Source: an uncultured Verrucomicrobiae bacterium (GTDB lineage Bacteria > Verrucomicrobiota > Verrucomicrobiia > Chthoniobacterales > UBA10450). Taken from it: a DNA stretch of 64,000 nucleotides. The translations under genes were made by a program, and so were the position numbers. Below the pieces are notes generated by a model. That model searched no databases. It was not told where the DNA came from and saw nothing but the letters and a program-made list of their open reading frames with translations. How positions within the stretch are numbered: the first letter of the stretch is position 1; each line of letters begins with the position of its first letter. The DNA is taken from positions 160,001-224,000 of the forward strand of contig CAWFGO010000003.1 in the NCBI GenBank assembly GCA_963815455.1, read 5' to 3'. Below, one piece after another: positions 23,924 to 35,697 of the stretch.

Positions 23924-26702
23924 ATGCCGTCGCGACATCTCGATCAGGTTCTGGCCCACGCTGAGAGCCAGCTTGCCGCCACGGGCGAGCGGCGGCCGAC
24001 TGAGGTTCTGCCGCTTTACCAGAGGTTTCTCAAGATCGAAGAGCATCGGCTTCGATTGAAACATCAGGCCGGCGGCGCGGGTCGTGAAATCTGTCAGCGC
24101 CGGGCCGACCTTGTCGATGTTCTGCTGAAACGCGTTTTCGCTGCCGCGGCGGTGGCTGTGCCCGACAAAGAAGCGAAAGCGGAACCGCTCTCATTGATCG
24201 CGATCGGCGGATACGGCCGGGGCGAGCTCAATCCGTTCAGCGACGTCGATGTGATGCTCTTGCATCGCCAACGCGCAAAAAGCATTTCGCCGTATCTCGA
24301 AGAAATGGTGGAACAGCTCCTCTATCTGCTCTGGGACAGCGGATTCAAGGTCGGTCATTCCACCCGCTCGATTAAAGAAGCGATTGCCCAGGCCAATCGC
24401 GACATGCAGACAAAAACGTCGATGCTCGAGGCGCGATTTCTGGCCGGCGATGTCGATCTTGCCCACCAGTTTCGCGAACAATTCCGGGCAAAATGTGTGG
24501 CCGGCTACGAGCGCGAATACGTGGAGTTGCGGATGCACGACCAGATCGCGCGTCATAAAAAATTTGGCGACAGCGTTTACATGCAGGAGCCGAACGTCAA
24601 AAACGGCTGTGGCGGATTGCGCGACTATCAAAACCTGCTCTGGGTAACCTATTTTAAGGAAGGCGAGTTGGCCACGCACCAACTGGTGGGGAAGGATTGG
24701 TTAAGCCAGGCCGATCAGCGTCGCATCGAGCATGCTTACGATTTTCTGCTGCGAGTCCGCACCGATCTGCATTATCTAACCGGGCGGGCCACGGATGTTT
24801 TGCACTTGAACATGCAGGAACAAATCGCCCGGCGCTTGGGCTATTCCCGGCGAAACGCGCAACTCGCCAGCGAAGCGTTCATGCGGGATTACTACGAACA
24901 CAGCCGGAATATTTTCCGCGTGACCGAACGAATCACCCAACAGTTCGCCAGCGGTCGGGCCAGCGAAAAAACGCGGCTGCTTTTCAGTTTCCTCCCGCTG
25001 ATCCGGACCGACCAGACGAAGCTGGAATCATTCTTTGTGCGTAATCAGCAATTGTTTCCCGATCGTCGCGATCTTTTTCGAAAGGAGCCGGAGCAGATGA
25101 TGCGCGTTTTCCAGCTCGCCCAGGAACATGAGCTGGAACTGAGCCCGGAGCTGGCCGATTTGTTAAGCCGTTTGCTGGGGCAAATTACTCGAACTTTCCA
25201 GTACGCCAAGGCCCCGCGCGAAATTTTCATGTCGATCTTGTCCCGCAAAGGCCAAGTGGGCCGCGTCCTGCGGATGATGCATCGGGTCGATTTTCTCGGG
25301 CGCTACATTCCCGAGTTCGGGCAACTGACGTGTCTGGTGCAGCACGAGTATCTCCACCGCTACACCGCCGACGAGCATACGCTGGTTTGCATCGACAAGC
25401 TCGATGCCCTGGCCGGCTACCGAGAATCCAAAACTCATTCCTTACCGAAAACTCTTCGAACGACTGGAAGATCCATTCGTTCTTTACCTCGCCCTCCTTT
25501 TACACGATACCGGCAAAGCAGTCGGGGCCCGGCCGCATTCGGAAGCCAGCGCGCTTTTCGCCCAACGCGTGGCAGCCCGCCTGCAACTCTCACCTGAGCA
25601 GCGCAAGTCGCTCATTCTTTTGGTCGATCACCATCTCACTCTCTCCAACATCGCGCAGCAGAGAAACCTGGACGATCCCGCCACGATCGCAGAGCTGGCG
25701 AACATCGTGAAGAGCGAGAGCAACCTGATCGCTCTAATGCTGCTCACTCTGGCCGACGGTCAGGGCACAAGCGCCGAAGCCTGGTCCGACTGGAAAGAAT
25801 CGCTCGTCTGGCACCTCTTCAATGCGACTTCGCAGTATCTGATCGATCAGAAATCCTTTTACGAGAAAACGAAGATCGAACGCGAAAGCTTGCAGGCGTC
25901 GGTTGCCGAGAAACTCCCGGCCGATTATGGAGACGAGATTGAGGCGCACTTCGAGTCGATGCCCGACAATTATTTTCGCGCCTCGAAAGTCTCCGGGATT
26001 GTCGAAGACTTGAAGCTCCTTCGCGCGTTCCTGCGGAATGTGTCGGTCGAGAGCGGCCATCCCCTGGTTCCGGCGATCAAATGGAAGGCTTTCCCCGATC
26101 AAGGCCACACCATCGCGCATTTTTGCACCTGGGACCGCGAACGGCTCCTGGCCAAGATCGCTGGATCGTTAGCGGCGGTTCCACTCAATATCTTGAGCGC
26201 GGACGTTTACACGCGGCCCGATCACATCGTTCTCGACATTTTTCGGGTATGCGATGTCAAGGGCAACGCCGTTACCGACAAACGCGATCTGGATCTGGTC
26301 GAGACAACTCTGCGCGACGCGTTGGAGAAGGAACAGTTCGATTTTGGCCCGTTAACGGAAAGAGCACGCCGCGAACTTGGGCCGCAACGCGCCCACGAGA
26401 TCGAATTCCCGACCCGCATCGCCATCGACAACAAGGCGCATCCAACCTACTCCCTTATCGAGATCGAAACGCCCGATCGCCTCGGTTTACTCTACGATAT
26501 TCTCTCCTGCCTCGATCGAGAAGGCGTCTCCATCGAGCTGTCCCGCGTCAGCACTCAAGCCGGTGCGGCGATCGACACTTTCTACGTCGTCGATCGTTCG
26601 ACGAACTCCAAAATCACCGACTCGCATCGGATCGCCGGCCTGCAAAAACATTTGCAATCGGCGGCTCTGGGTGAAGAGCAAATCAATCCAATCGCCGATT
26701 AA
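23924..26702 (+). CDS. glnD: PII uridylyltransferase; frameshift near 25410, probably sequencing error
   Basis: [41 protein letters not shown]-terminal ACT domains (DRLGLL) across two frames. Confidence 0.9.
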
Positions 26703-26730
26703 CGTTTCCCGATTAATATCTGTTGAACAC

Positions 26731-27484
26731 ATGAATGCACTCATCCTGGCCGCGGGTTACGCCACGCGGCTTTATCCACTTACGCTAAAGAAAGCCAAAC
26801 CGTTGCTCGAGATCGCCGGGAAACCGATGATCGAATGGGTCATGGGCAATCTTGCTGGCATTGCCGATATCGAAACGATTTACGTTGTCACGAACGACAA
26901 GTTTGCCAGCGATTTCCAAACGTGGGCCGATCGCTATCAGGATCGACATCGTGAATTCGAAATCAAAATCGTTAATGATGGATCGAAAGACGATGACGAC
27001 AAATTGGGCGCGATCGGCGACATCAATTTTGTCATCAATCGCGAGGAGCTGACCGGGACCGGTTTGCTGATCGTGGCCGGGGATAATTTGTTTGCCGAAC
27101 CGCTGTCTGGTTTTGTGGACCAGGCAAGAGGAACCGACGCGACGGTGGCGGTTTACGACGTCGGGGATAAGGAGGCGATCAAGAAATACGGCAACATCGA
27201 CATCGATGCCGGTGGGAACCATCACGCACTTTGAGGAAAAGCCGGAGAAACCAAGGAGCACGCTGGCCGCCGTCGCCCTTTATTACTATTCGCCCAAAGT
27301 GCTTTCGCTCCTAAAGACCTATCTCGCTGCTGGAAATAATGCCGATCAGCCCGGACGATTCGTGCAATGGCTTTACACCCGTCAGCCGGTGAAAACTTTT
27401 CAGCTCAAAGGGAAATGGCTCGATATCGGAAGCAAGGAGACGTTGGAAGAAGCGGACAGATTGTTTGCCAAGTTTGTCAGGTAG
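26731..27484 (+). CDS. Sugar-phosphate nucleotidyltransferase; frameshift near 27215
   Basis: [26 protein letters not shown], then FEEKPEKP and WLDIGS in second frame. Confidence 0.85.
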
Positions 27485-27562
27485 GGACGTATCTCCGCGC
27501 CGTCCGTTGAATTCTCAGGCTACGCTGGTTTGTCGGATGCGTCGGAAACGCGTCCCTACCTG
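27478..27562. repeat. GTAGGGAC-type REP doublet
   Basis: caggtagggacg ... cgtccctacctg. Confidence 0.85.
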
Positions 27563-27573
27563 ATTTGTCGATC

Positions 27574-27993
27574 CTATTTCAATCGTCCTTCGTCGAACTC
27601 GATCAGGTCGAAATACGTTCGAATATCTTTGCGCCCCCCGCCTCCGGCCTCTTTGAGAAAATGGAGAAAGCGCGCCTTTTTCGCCGCCGTATCCGGGTGA
27701 CGCGAGATCATCGCCTCGTTCCATTGCTCGACTGCTTCCGGCGAATGTTTGGCCCCGTTTTTCTCCACCCATTCCAGAATCGCGGCATCATCATCGAGAC
27801 GATTTACCGCTTCTTCAAACGCGTCCGGATCGAGTTTGAGAAACGCGAGCAAATGTTTGTCGAAACCGACCGTTTTGTAGTTGTAGCCGTTTAGCAGCCC
27901 TTTGCTGTGCAGCTTCGCCTTGTCGATCAACCGCGGCAGATGGACATACCCGCCCAGTTTTTCGTAAGGACTGCGCGGATGCACTTTTTGCAT
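27574..27993 (-). CDS. DUF5069-like protein
   Basis: PRSPYEKLGGYVHLPRLIDKA...FDLIEFDEGR. Confidence 0.7.
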   Translation of the reverse strand: MQKVHPRSPYEKLGGYVHLPRLIDKAKLHSKGLLNGYNYKTVGFDKHLLAFLKLDPDAFEEAVNRLDDDAAILEWVEKNGAKHSPEAVEQWNEAMISRHPDTAAKKARFLHFLKEAGGGGRKDIRTYFDLIEFDEGRLK

Positions 27994-28007
27994 CGGCACG
28001 GCGAACC

Positions 28008-28860
28008 TTAAGTCACCGGCAGAGGCCGGGCCACCGTTCCTGGAAGCTCCGGTTCGGCTCTCTTCACTGCGGGAGCCGGTGGTTGCTCCGGCAACAGCTC
28101 GCCCTGGGTAAGGTCCGCTTGACCGATAATAAGCTGGCCGGAAAAGATGCCGCCCTTCTCCACCGTGATCGCTTTTGCCGTTACGTTGCCCTCCAAAGAC
28201 GCGTTCTTGTGGATGTGAACCGATGTGCCGGCCACGATTTCGGCTGTCACTCGCCCTTTAATTTCGATGCTGCCAACCGCCATCCGGCGAAAACATTGCA
28301 CATCGGCTTTGCGTTCCACGGTAACGTGCTGCGCACTCAGGCGCCCGGGAAGTTTCCCGACAAAACTGATCGTGGCCGACTCCGAGCAATGCAGGTTGCC
28401 GCGCAGTTTTCCCTCAATCATGGCCGATTTGCAGATCACACTCGTGCTGCTGAGATCGCCTTTTGGCATGAGATGAACGTTCCCGCGTGTGCGAATGGTC
28501 CGGCTAAAGCTGGTTGCGATCTTGTAATCGCGCAGGTCGATATGAGCGCTGCAGGATGGACAATTTGTCGATGTTGCCGCGCCGCTGACTTCGTGTTTTC
28601 GCTTGCACTCAAAACACTCGACCACCGAACTGCGAGGCTGGCTCCAGAGGCCCTCGAATTTTTGGAAAAACGACGGATCCCCCGTCGCGGCGGGCGCCTC
28701 TTCCTTGGTCCGAAGCTTTAAGCCGGGCTTCGGCGCAAACGGAGAAAAATACCGCCCGCACTGACGGCAGAGCGTGCTCTTGGCCGCCGCATAATCCTTC
28801 TGGTTAAAGCCACAATGTGGACACTCCACACTGACTTTAACAGGCGACGGCTTTGGCCAC
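28008..28860 (-). CDS. Bactofilin-domain protein with N-terminal CxxC zinc-ribbon motifs (start approximate)
   Basis: CPHC, CRQC, CFEC, CPSC followed by beta-helix repeats ending ITVEKGGIFSGQL. Confidence 0.75.
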
Positions 28861-28890
28861 GGACGTTCTAAGCGAAGACCCCTCTCTCGG

Positions 28891-29403
28891 TTACGCGCGT
28901 CCGGCGAAGGCCTTGACCTGGTCGTCGCTCCGCACAACTTCTGGACGCGGCGCCGGCTTGGCCGCGGTCATCCCGCTGGTCACTTCCGATTTTCCGATGA
29001 AGGTCGCTCCCTCTTCGATCACCAAACGCGCCGCCTTCAAATCGCCTTGCAGAGTGCATTTGGATTTGAGTTCGCAGCGCTCGGCGACGGTGATGTTGCC
29101 CTGCACTTTGCCGAACACCGTGATCGATTTCGTCTTGATTTCGCCGCGAATGTCCGCGTTCTCACCGATCGTCAGTACGCCATCAGAATTGATTTCGCCT
29201 TCGACCTTTCCATCGATGAGAAGTTCCTTTTGGAATTTGATCGAGCCCTTGATTTCGACATCGCTCGAGAGAATGTCTTTGCCAGCGTGTTCTGCCATAT
29301 ACTTTTGGTAATCGGTTGTTGATGTTCTTGGTTGATCGCGGTTCACGAATCGGTTGGTATCATCGCTGCCGGAGGTCAACGATCCTTCGCCAATCGATGA
29401 CAT
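28891..29403 (-). CDS. Bactofilin (polymer-forming cytoskeletal protein); start may be at 29298
   Basis: VEIKGSIKF..ELLIDGKVEGEI...LVIEEGATFIG. Confidence 0.9.
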   Translation of the reverse strand: MSSIGEGSLTSGSDDTNRFVNRDQPRTSTTDYQKYMAEHAGKDILSSDVEIKGSIKFQKELLIDGKVEGEINSDGVLTIGENADIRGEIKTKSITVFGKVQGNITVAERCELKSKCTLQGDLKAARLVIEEGATFIGKSEVTSGMTAAKPAPRPEVVRSDDQVKAFAGRA

Positions 29404-29496
29404 CGGTTTTTGCGGGATGAATTTCTTCAACACGCGTTAGTATTGTAACGCTCCGGCGCGATGTCAAAAGATTCTCACAGGTAAATGCCAACTTCT

Positions 29497-31110
29497 TCAC
29501 AGGTTATTCGCAACTCGATACAGTTTGGCAACGCCGTTTTGGGCTGAAAAAACCAGGAAGCGCGGCACTTGTGTAGGAGTTCGATCCAGCACATAGCACA
29601 GCTCGTGCCGGGTGGTCGAGGAGCCAAGAATCACGGCCGAGGTTTGGGCTGCGCGCCCGCCATCATAGGCCAAAACCCAATCGATCCGGTGATTCACCAG
29701 GATCTCTCGGGCCTCTCCCCAGTCTCTCGACAGAAAGAAGCGCGCGCTGGCCTCAATCCCGGCCAAACTTTCATGCGAACTCCCGGCCAGGCCCGGTTGC
29801 TTCGACCAATAGGCAATCGAGGGCGAAAGCCACCATGGCGCCAGAAATGGATGAATGTCCGGCGACCTGAGACTCATCGCCAGATCGCGTAAGTGCACGG
29901 ATTCGATGCGCTGTTCCACCCGCCGGGCAAATTCCGCTTCGTTTGGCCAGAGCCGTTCATCCCAATCCCGCAAGATGGGAAAGATCGACAATGTAAAGGC
30001 GATCCAAACCGCGGTGCGTGCCTCAAATGGCTCGAGCAGGGCTGGAAGCGCCAGGGCGAAGATCAGCACGAAAAAGTAAGCCCAACGCGCCTGCCAGAGC
30101 GTGAGCAGATAGGTCGCGATCAGGAGCGCGAGAACAAATCCCGGAGTCTTCTGCGCACTCATGCTCGCTTGCCGCGCCGTAGTCGGACGAAGGCGGGTGC
30201 TCCACCGGATCCAAATCAGAATCGGCGCCACAAAGCAGCAAATAACCGCACCATCGCAGCCAGACCGGATTTCCCGGCGCGACGTGCGCCAGCTCGCCAA
30301 TCGTGCTCGCCCAGTTCTTGAAAACCGCGCCGGAATGCAGGATCGACGTCGACGGAATCCGCCGCTCGATCAGAAGTGCAATCGCGATAATCGCGGCAAA
30401 CAGAATCCAACCGATTCGGCGATGTCGATCCTTTGTAGCCGCGCCGCTGTGCGGCGCGTTCCCAAGAGCGAGCACCCGCCTTCGCCCCGCTACGGCGTGG
30501 CAGGCGACCAGGAGCATGAGCATGATGAGTGGCTCGTAAGCGGAAACCCAGATGGCGAGCGCCCATGCGACTCCGCTGACCGCGGCCCAGTTTTTCGAAG
30601 GTTCCGTTTGCAACATCCACTCCGAGCAAATCGCGATCGTAACCAGCAGGATCGACAACGATTGATGATCGGGCCGGCCCAGCTCGGCGCCATGGACGAG
30701 AATAGGGCTGATCGCGTAAAGAATTAGCAACGCCCAGCGATAGCGAAATCCTGCTTGTCGCGACCACCACCAAAGAAACCAGCCGCCTAAAAGCGCCAGA
30801 AGCGGCGAGATCAACGCCCCCGCCAGATCGATTGGCTGGGCCGTGAACGGCTTCAGCAAGATCGACAATGCAAGAATCAGATAGTCAAAAGGCGCGGTAG
30901 TGTGCGGAGTGGTCCCGGCCGGAAAGTTTTCGAACTCGTGATGCCGCACGATCAATCCCGGATGCTCGGAGCACATCCGGACCCGAGTCATCCGCGCATA
31001 GCAATCGGCATCGGTGAAATAGATATTGCCGCCGACAAAGACTTCTTCGTTAGTTCGCGCACCGCGTAGCCAGGATAAGCGCGCTCAAGATCGCGATCTC
31101 GATTGTAATT
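29497..31110 (-). CDS. STT3/AglB-like GT-C membrane glycosyltransferase, frameshifted; 5' end approximate
   Basis: YFTDADCYARMTRV, LGRPDHQ, many TMs, C-terminal LAPWWLSP; pieces in ORFs 30023-30991 and 29497-30300. Confidence 0.5.
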
Positions 31111-31186
31111 AATGCGCCGCGCGCCGCGCGCTGAAAGGGAGTCTTCAATCGCTGACCTCTGGCTTCTGATCTCTGACCTCTGAAAT

Positions 31187-31259
<73 letters not shown>

Positions 31260-31386
31260 GCCGGATCAGTTAAACATGAGCAAAACAATCGCCAATCGAC
31301 CAACTCCGATCGCGTTTAACTTTGCGCTTTCCCCAGACGGGTACTTCTGTCTACGCTTTCCGAGGGTCACACTCCGATCCGCCGCG

Positions 31387-32369
31387 ATGAACCAACCTCC
31401 TGCCATTCAAACTTTCGAGATGCCGCAGATGCCGCGCCTTCCGTTGCGGCCAATCGCCGGCATCGTTGCGATCATCTTGTTGGTCGTTCTCGCGTGGACA
31501 TCGTACTACACGGTGCAGGCGGAAGCGGAAGGCGTGGTTCTTCGCTTCGGAAAGTTTTTGAAAACGACGGAGCCGGGTTTGCATTTCAAGCTTCCATTCG
31601 GCATCGACGAGGTAAGCGTCCTGCCGACACGGCGCCAATTGAAACTCGAGTTCGGTTTGCACGCCCGGATTACAAAACACTATCAGCCAGCGCAGGAAGC
31701 CCGGAGGAAAGATCGATGGTCACCGGCGATCTGAATGCCGCCCTCGTCGAATGGGTGGTGCAATATCGCATCGAAGATCCCAAGCAATATCTTTTCGACG
31801 TTCGTAATCCCGGCGCAGACGTTGCGCGATTTATCCGAGGCGGCCATGCGCGAGGTGATCGGCGACCGCACGGTGGACGAAGTGATCACGATTGGCCGGC
31901 AGGACATCGAGATCGCGGCCCTGGCCCGGATGCAGGAACTGGCCAAGCGCTACATGATCGGCATGCGGGTCGACCAGGTGCAACTGAAGAACGTCAATCC
32001 GCCGGCAGAAGTGCAGGCATCCTTCAACGAAGTGAACAAAGCGCAACAGGACCGCGAGAACGCGATCAACATCGCGAACGGCGATTATAACGAAGCCGTT
32101 CCGCGAGCACGCGGTCAGGCCGATCAAACGATTCGCGCGGCCGAAGGTTATCGCTTCAAGCGCGTGAATGAAGCGGAGGGCGACGTCGCCTCGTTCAACG
32201 CCATCCTGGCCGAATACGTCAAGGCGCCGGAAATCACTCGGACCCGGCTTTATCTGGAAACGATGGGCGATGTCTTCCGGCGGCCGGCGAAAAAATCATC
32301 ATCGACGACACAATGCGAAACTTGTTGCCGATCCTCCCGCTCAACGCCAAATCATTGGAGAAGAAATGA
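31387..32369 (+). CDS. hflK: FtsH modulator HflK, several frameshifts
   Basis: GVVLRFGK..PGLHFKLP, MVTGDLN, VNPPAEVQASFNEV, APEITRTRLYLETM. Confidence 0.85.
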
Positions 32370-33367
32370 ACAAACGCGGCTGCCTGTGGCTGGTCTTCGA
32401 TCGCGCTTTATCTTGGTCGCCGCGCGCGTTCTGATCGGCTGTTTCTACGTCGTTTACCAAACTCAACAGGTTATTGTCACGCAATTCGGAAAGCCGGTCG
32501 GCGAGCCCATCACCGAGCCGGGGCTGCACTTCAAGCTTCCCATCATCCAGGAAGTCAACCGGATCGATAAGCGCTTTCTGGAATGGGGCGGTTCGCCCGT
32601 CGCGATACCGACCCGGGACAAAACTTACATTCACGTCGATACGTTCGCGCGCTGGCGCATCTCGGATCCGAAGACTATTTCGTCCGCCTGCGCGACGAAC
32701 GCAGCGCCCAATCGCGTTTGGAAGACATTCTCGGCAGCGAGACGCGCAACGCCGTGGCCAAGCATGATTTGATCGAGATCGTGCGCACGGACAAGGACCG
32801 CAAGCCGCATGCGGGACGAGAACTTGAAAAATGTGCCGACCGGCTTTGGGACGATTGGCGTGCTGCCGCCGATTCGGTACGGGCGACTGGTGATCGAGGC
32901 CGAGATCAAGAGCAAGGCGACGAACGAAACTGGCCGAGTTCGGCATCGACCTGCTCGACGTCCGGCTCAAGCGGGTAAATTACAATCCCGACGTTCTGGA
33001 TCGGATCTACCAGCGAATGATCAGCGAACGGCAGCAAATTGCGCAGCGCTTTCGTTCGGAAGGCGAAGGCGAGGCGGCGCGCATCGCCGGTCAAAGAGAG
33101 CGCGACCTGAACGAAATTCAATCGACCGCTTATCGGCAGGTGCAGCAAATCCGCGGCGAAGCCGATGCGAAGGCCACGGAGATTTACGCGCACGCCTACA
33201 CCCAGAACCCGCAGGCGGCCGAGTTCTACAGTTTCCTCAAGAGCATGGAGACGTATCGCAAGGTGTTCACGAAAGACTCGACGCTGGTGCTTTCCACCGA
33301 CAGCGACCTCTTCGGCCTGCTGAAACGCGCCAGCGCAAAACCGCAAACCCTGCCGCCGGCGCGGTAA
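32366..33367 (+). CDS. hflC: FtsH modulator HflC, several frameshifts
   Basis: VIVTQFGKP..PGLHFKLP, RMISERQQIA..FRSEGEG, EFYSFLKSMETY. Confidence 0.85.
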
Positions 33368-33368
33368 G

Positions 33369-33821
33369 TTACGCGCTTTCGCTTAATCGCTCGGCCAGGT
33401 AAGCATCGAAATCGGGATGGCCCGATTTCTTGAGGACGTGTTTGATCCAGGCGTCGCGCTCGAACGCTTGCACACGCAGATCCCAAACGCACACCGATGA
33501 ATCGGATTCTTTTCTTGGCGCCAATTTGTCCGGCTCGTTCAGACGCGAAAGAAACACTCGATGAAACAGTTCGTTCTCGTTTCCCCAAAAATCGACAAAC
33601 ACAAAACAAGCGCCCCGACCATCGTGCGCCCCGATAAACCCCACTTTGTAATTACTTGCCGTTTCCTTCGATAACACTTCGGCCGCGACGCGCTTTGCCG
33701 CCTCGAGTAATTGTGGTCGCGGCAGTTCGCCTTTGAACGCGATCCCATAAAGTTTCATCCGCCAATCGCCAATGTTGAACAGCTCGATGAATTGAAATGA
33801 GCGCGGGTGGTATGATTCCAT
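33369..33821 (-). CDS. Hypothetical protein
   Basis: 150-aa ORF of plausible composition convergent with hflC. Confidence 0.6.
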   Translation of the reverse strand: MESYHPRSFQFIELFNIGDWRMKLYGIAFKGELPRPQLLEAAKRVAAEVLSKETASNYKVGFIGAHDGRGACFVFVDFWGNENELFHRVFLSRLNEPDKLAPRKESDSSVCVWDLRVQAFERDAWIKHVLKKSGHPDFDAYLAERLSESA

Positions 33822-33964
33822 AGTTAACGGACACGAAACTGATCAACCTTGTCATATCGAACATCTACCGCTAATAAAGAAATAATGTTTCCCTGTATTG
33901 GTCCTCCTTTCTCGAGCAAATCAAAAATGGGCGAACTCCGTTTCGTCGAATCATAGTTAGGCCG

Positions 33965-34669
33965 ATGCGCTCTCTTTCACTACTAATCGCCATTGTGATT
34001 TGTCTGCACGGTATTATGCAACAGACCCCGGCCGCGCCCAAAAAAACATCGCTGGCCGAAAGGTATAACGCTCAGGTCACCAGAATCGCGAGGCGCGCGA
34101 TCGATTCCGCGCTATCGAAGCATCCCGCGCGGCTGAAGGATGTTTCATTGAAGCTTCGCTACGTTATCGGTCCAGATGGCAACGTGTATAACGTGACGGT
34201 GGTTTCGTTCAAGTCGGACGCCTGGGTGGAGAAGACCGCCGTTGAGGCTCTTAAGGCGATTACATTTCCGCCAATTCCAAAGGATGTGCGGCAAGAGCTG
34301 CGGATGGATTACTTGGACGAGGAAGTGGACGTGAGTTATCAGAGCGAAGCGTCGGCCGATGCGGCCACTCCGGCGTTCGACAAGTATAACTTGCGGGTTC
34401 ACAAGATGCTGCAAGATCAGGTTAAGGCGGCATTCTACTCGCAATCGCGTCGACTCGAAGTGGACTATGAGTTCTACTTGGATTCACAGGGCCGTGTGGT
34501 CAATCTGCACGCTTACGCCAAGGCCGGCGGTCGTTCGGCCGAGCGAATCATCGCTGACAGCATCCGAGCGTTAAAATGTCCACCGGTCCCGCGGCAGGTT
34601 TTCAAAGAGCTGGATCAAAAACCCCCATTAAAGATTTACGGAACATTGAGCTGGGATCCGAAAGGCTAA
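33965..34669 (+). CDS. Exported protein with two TonB-C-terminal-like repeats
   Basis: Signal peptide; two copies of pattern (Y.I..DG.V....A..AL....FPPIP). Confidence 0.55.
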   Translation: MRSLSLLIAIVICLHGIMQQTPAAPKKTSLAERYNAQVTRIARRAIDSALSKHPARLKDVSLKLRYVIGPDGNVYNVTVVSFKSDAWVEKTAVEALKAITFPPIPKDVRQELRMDYLDEEVDVSYQSEASADAATPAFDKYNLRVHKMLQDQVKAAFYSQSRRLEVDYEFYLDSQGRVVNLHAYAKAGGRSAERIIADSIRALKCPPVPRQVFKELDQKPPLKIYGTLSWDPKG

Positions 34670-34678
34670 CCGTGCTAT

Positions 34679-35584
34679 TTGCCTGACAACATGGAATCCC
34701 GTTTCCTCGTTAGGCCGATGTTACGCATTTTTGTCATCCTGATGGTTCTTTCCGTAGCTGCAGACGCGCAATCGACAGCGGATCAGAGCGTGAATATAGC
34801 AGGCAGGCAGCAATTCGAAGCGATGCTCAAGGCAGAGGCGCCATACCTCGCGAAAGCCCGCGCAACTTATCCAAGCGCTAAAAAGCGTTATCTTGCCGGG
34901 CTTCCGCCCGGGTACAGTTTCGCGGTGCGCAAGCATCTGGCGGAGCCACGTACCGAGCCAGGGCCACAACGGTTACAAGGCGTTTACATCGAAGTCGACG
35001 CTATTAAAGACGGCAAAATCTATGGTCGAATTGGTGAAGTTAACTTGCCCTCCTTTCATAGGGGCCAGCGCATATCCTTTCCTGAGCCGGAGATAGAGGA
35101 TTGGGCAATCTTCCATCCCGACGGCAGCGTCGAGGGAGATGTCGTGGGCAAGTTTCTAAAGAGCGCGCGATCTGCTTACACGAATGACCTAGCACTCTCT
35201 CCGGGTGACATCGCAAAAATCAAGCGGGTTTGCCATCAAGCTATTGGGCTGGCATTTCAAGACGCTGAACTTTGGAGGGGGGTTCAGCCGTTCTTTCAGA
35301 GCGAGTCGGATTTTTATCAACCGATAACCACCTGTGCTGGCGAATATTGCAGCGGGGGGCTGCGCCTGCGAGATGACAGCGAGGTGTTGTATACTTACCT
35401 GCACATTGACCGGAACAGCGGCGATCTTACTCCAGACCGTGGACGTAAGGGTAATAACCGAATCACGGGTGTGTCATTGATTAGACACGGCAAAACTATT
35501 TTTTCCGAGGGCCATATCGACCGACAAACTACCGACCTGTATCTCCGCCACCGCGACGCCTCAAAACCGAAGCGAGCTAAGTGA
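34679..35584 (+). CDS. Exported hypothetical protein, N-terminal DUF2314-like region
   Basis: KARATY...IYGRI...ISFPEPEIEDWAI..DGSVEG; start may be 34718. Confidence 0.5.
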   Translation: MPDNMESRFLVRPMLRIFVILMVLSVAADAQSTADQSVNIAGRQQFEAMLKAEAPYLAKARATYPSAKKRYLAGLPPGYSFAVRKHLAEPRTEPGPQRLQGVYIEVDAIKDGKIYGRIGEVNLPSFHRGQRISFPEPEIEDWAIFHPDGSVEGDVVGKFLKSARSAYTNDLALSPGDIAKIKRVCHQAIGLAFQDAELWRGVQPFFQSESDFYQPITTCAGEYCSGGLRLRDDSEVLYTYLHIDRNSGDLTPDRGRKGNNRITGVSLIRHGKTIFSEGHIDRQTTDLYLRHRDASKPKRAK

Positions 35585-35697
35585 TGCGTCTGGCCCTATT
35601 AGGATTGTCAATCGTGGGAGCAGACTATTTTTTGCTTTGTCTCTTGGCGGTTTTCCTTTCCCGATTATTCCAGCTTATACGTTGATAGCGACATCGA

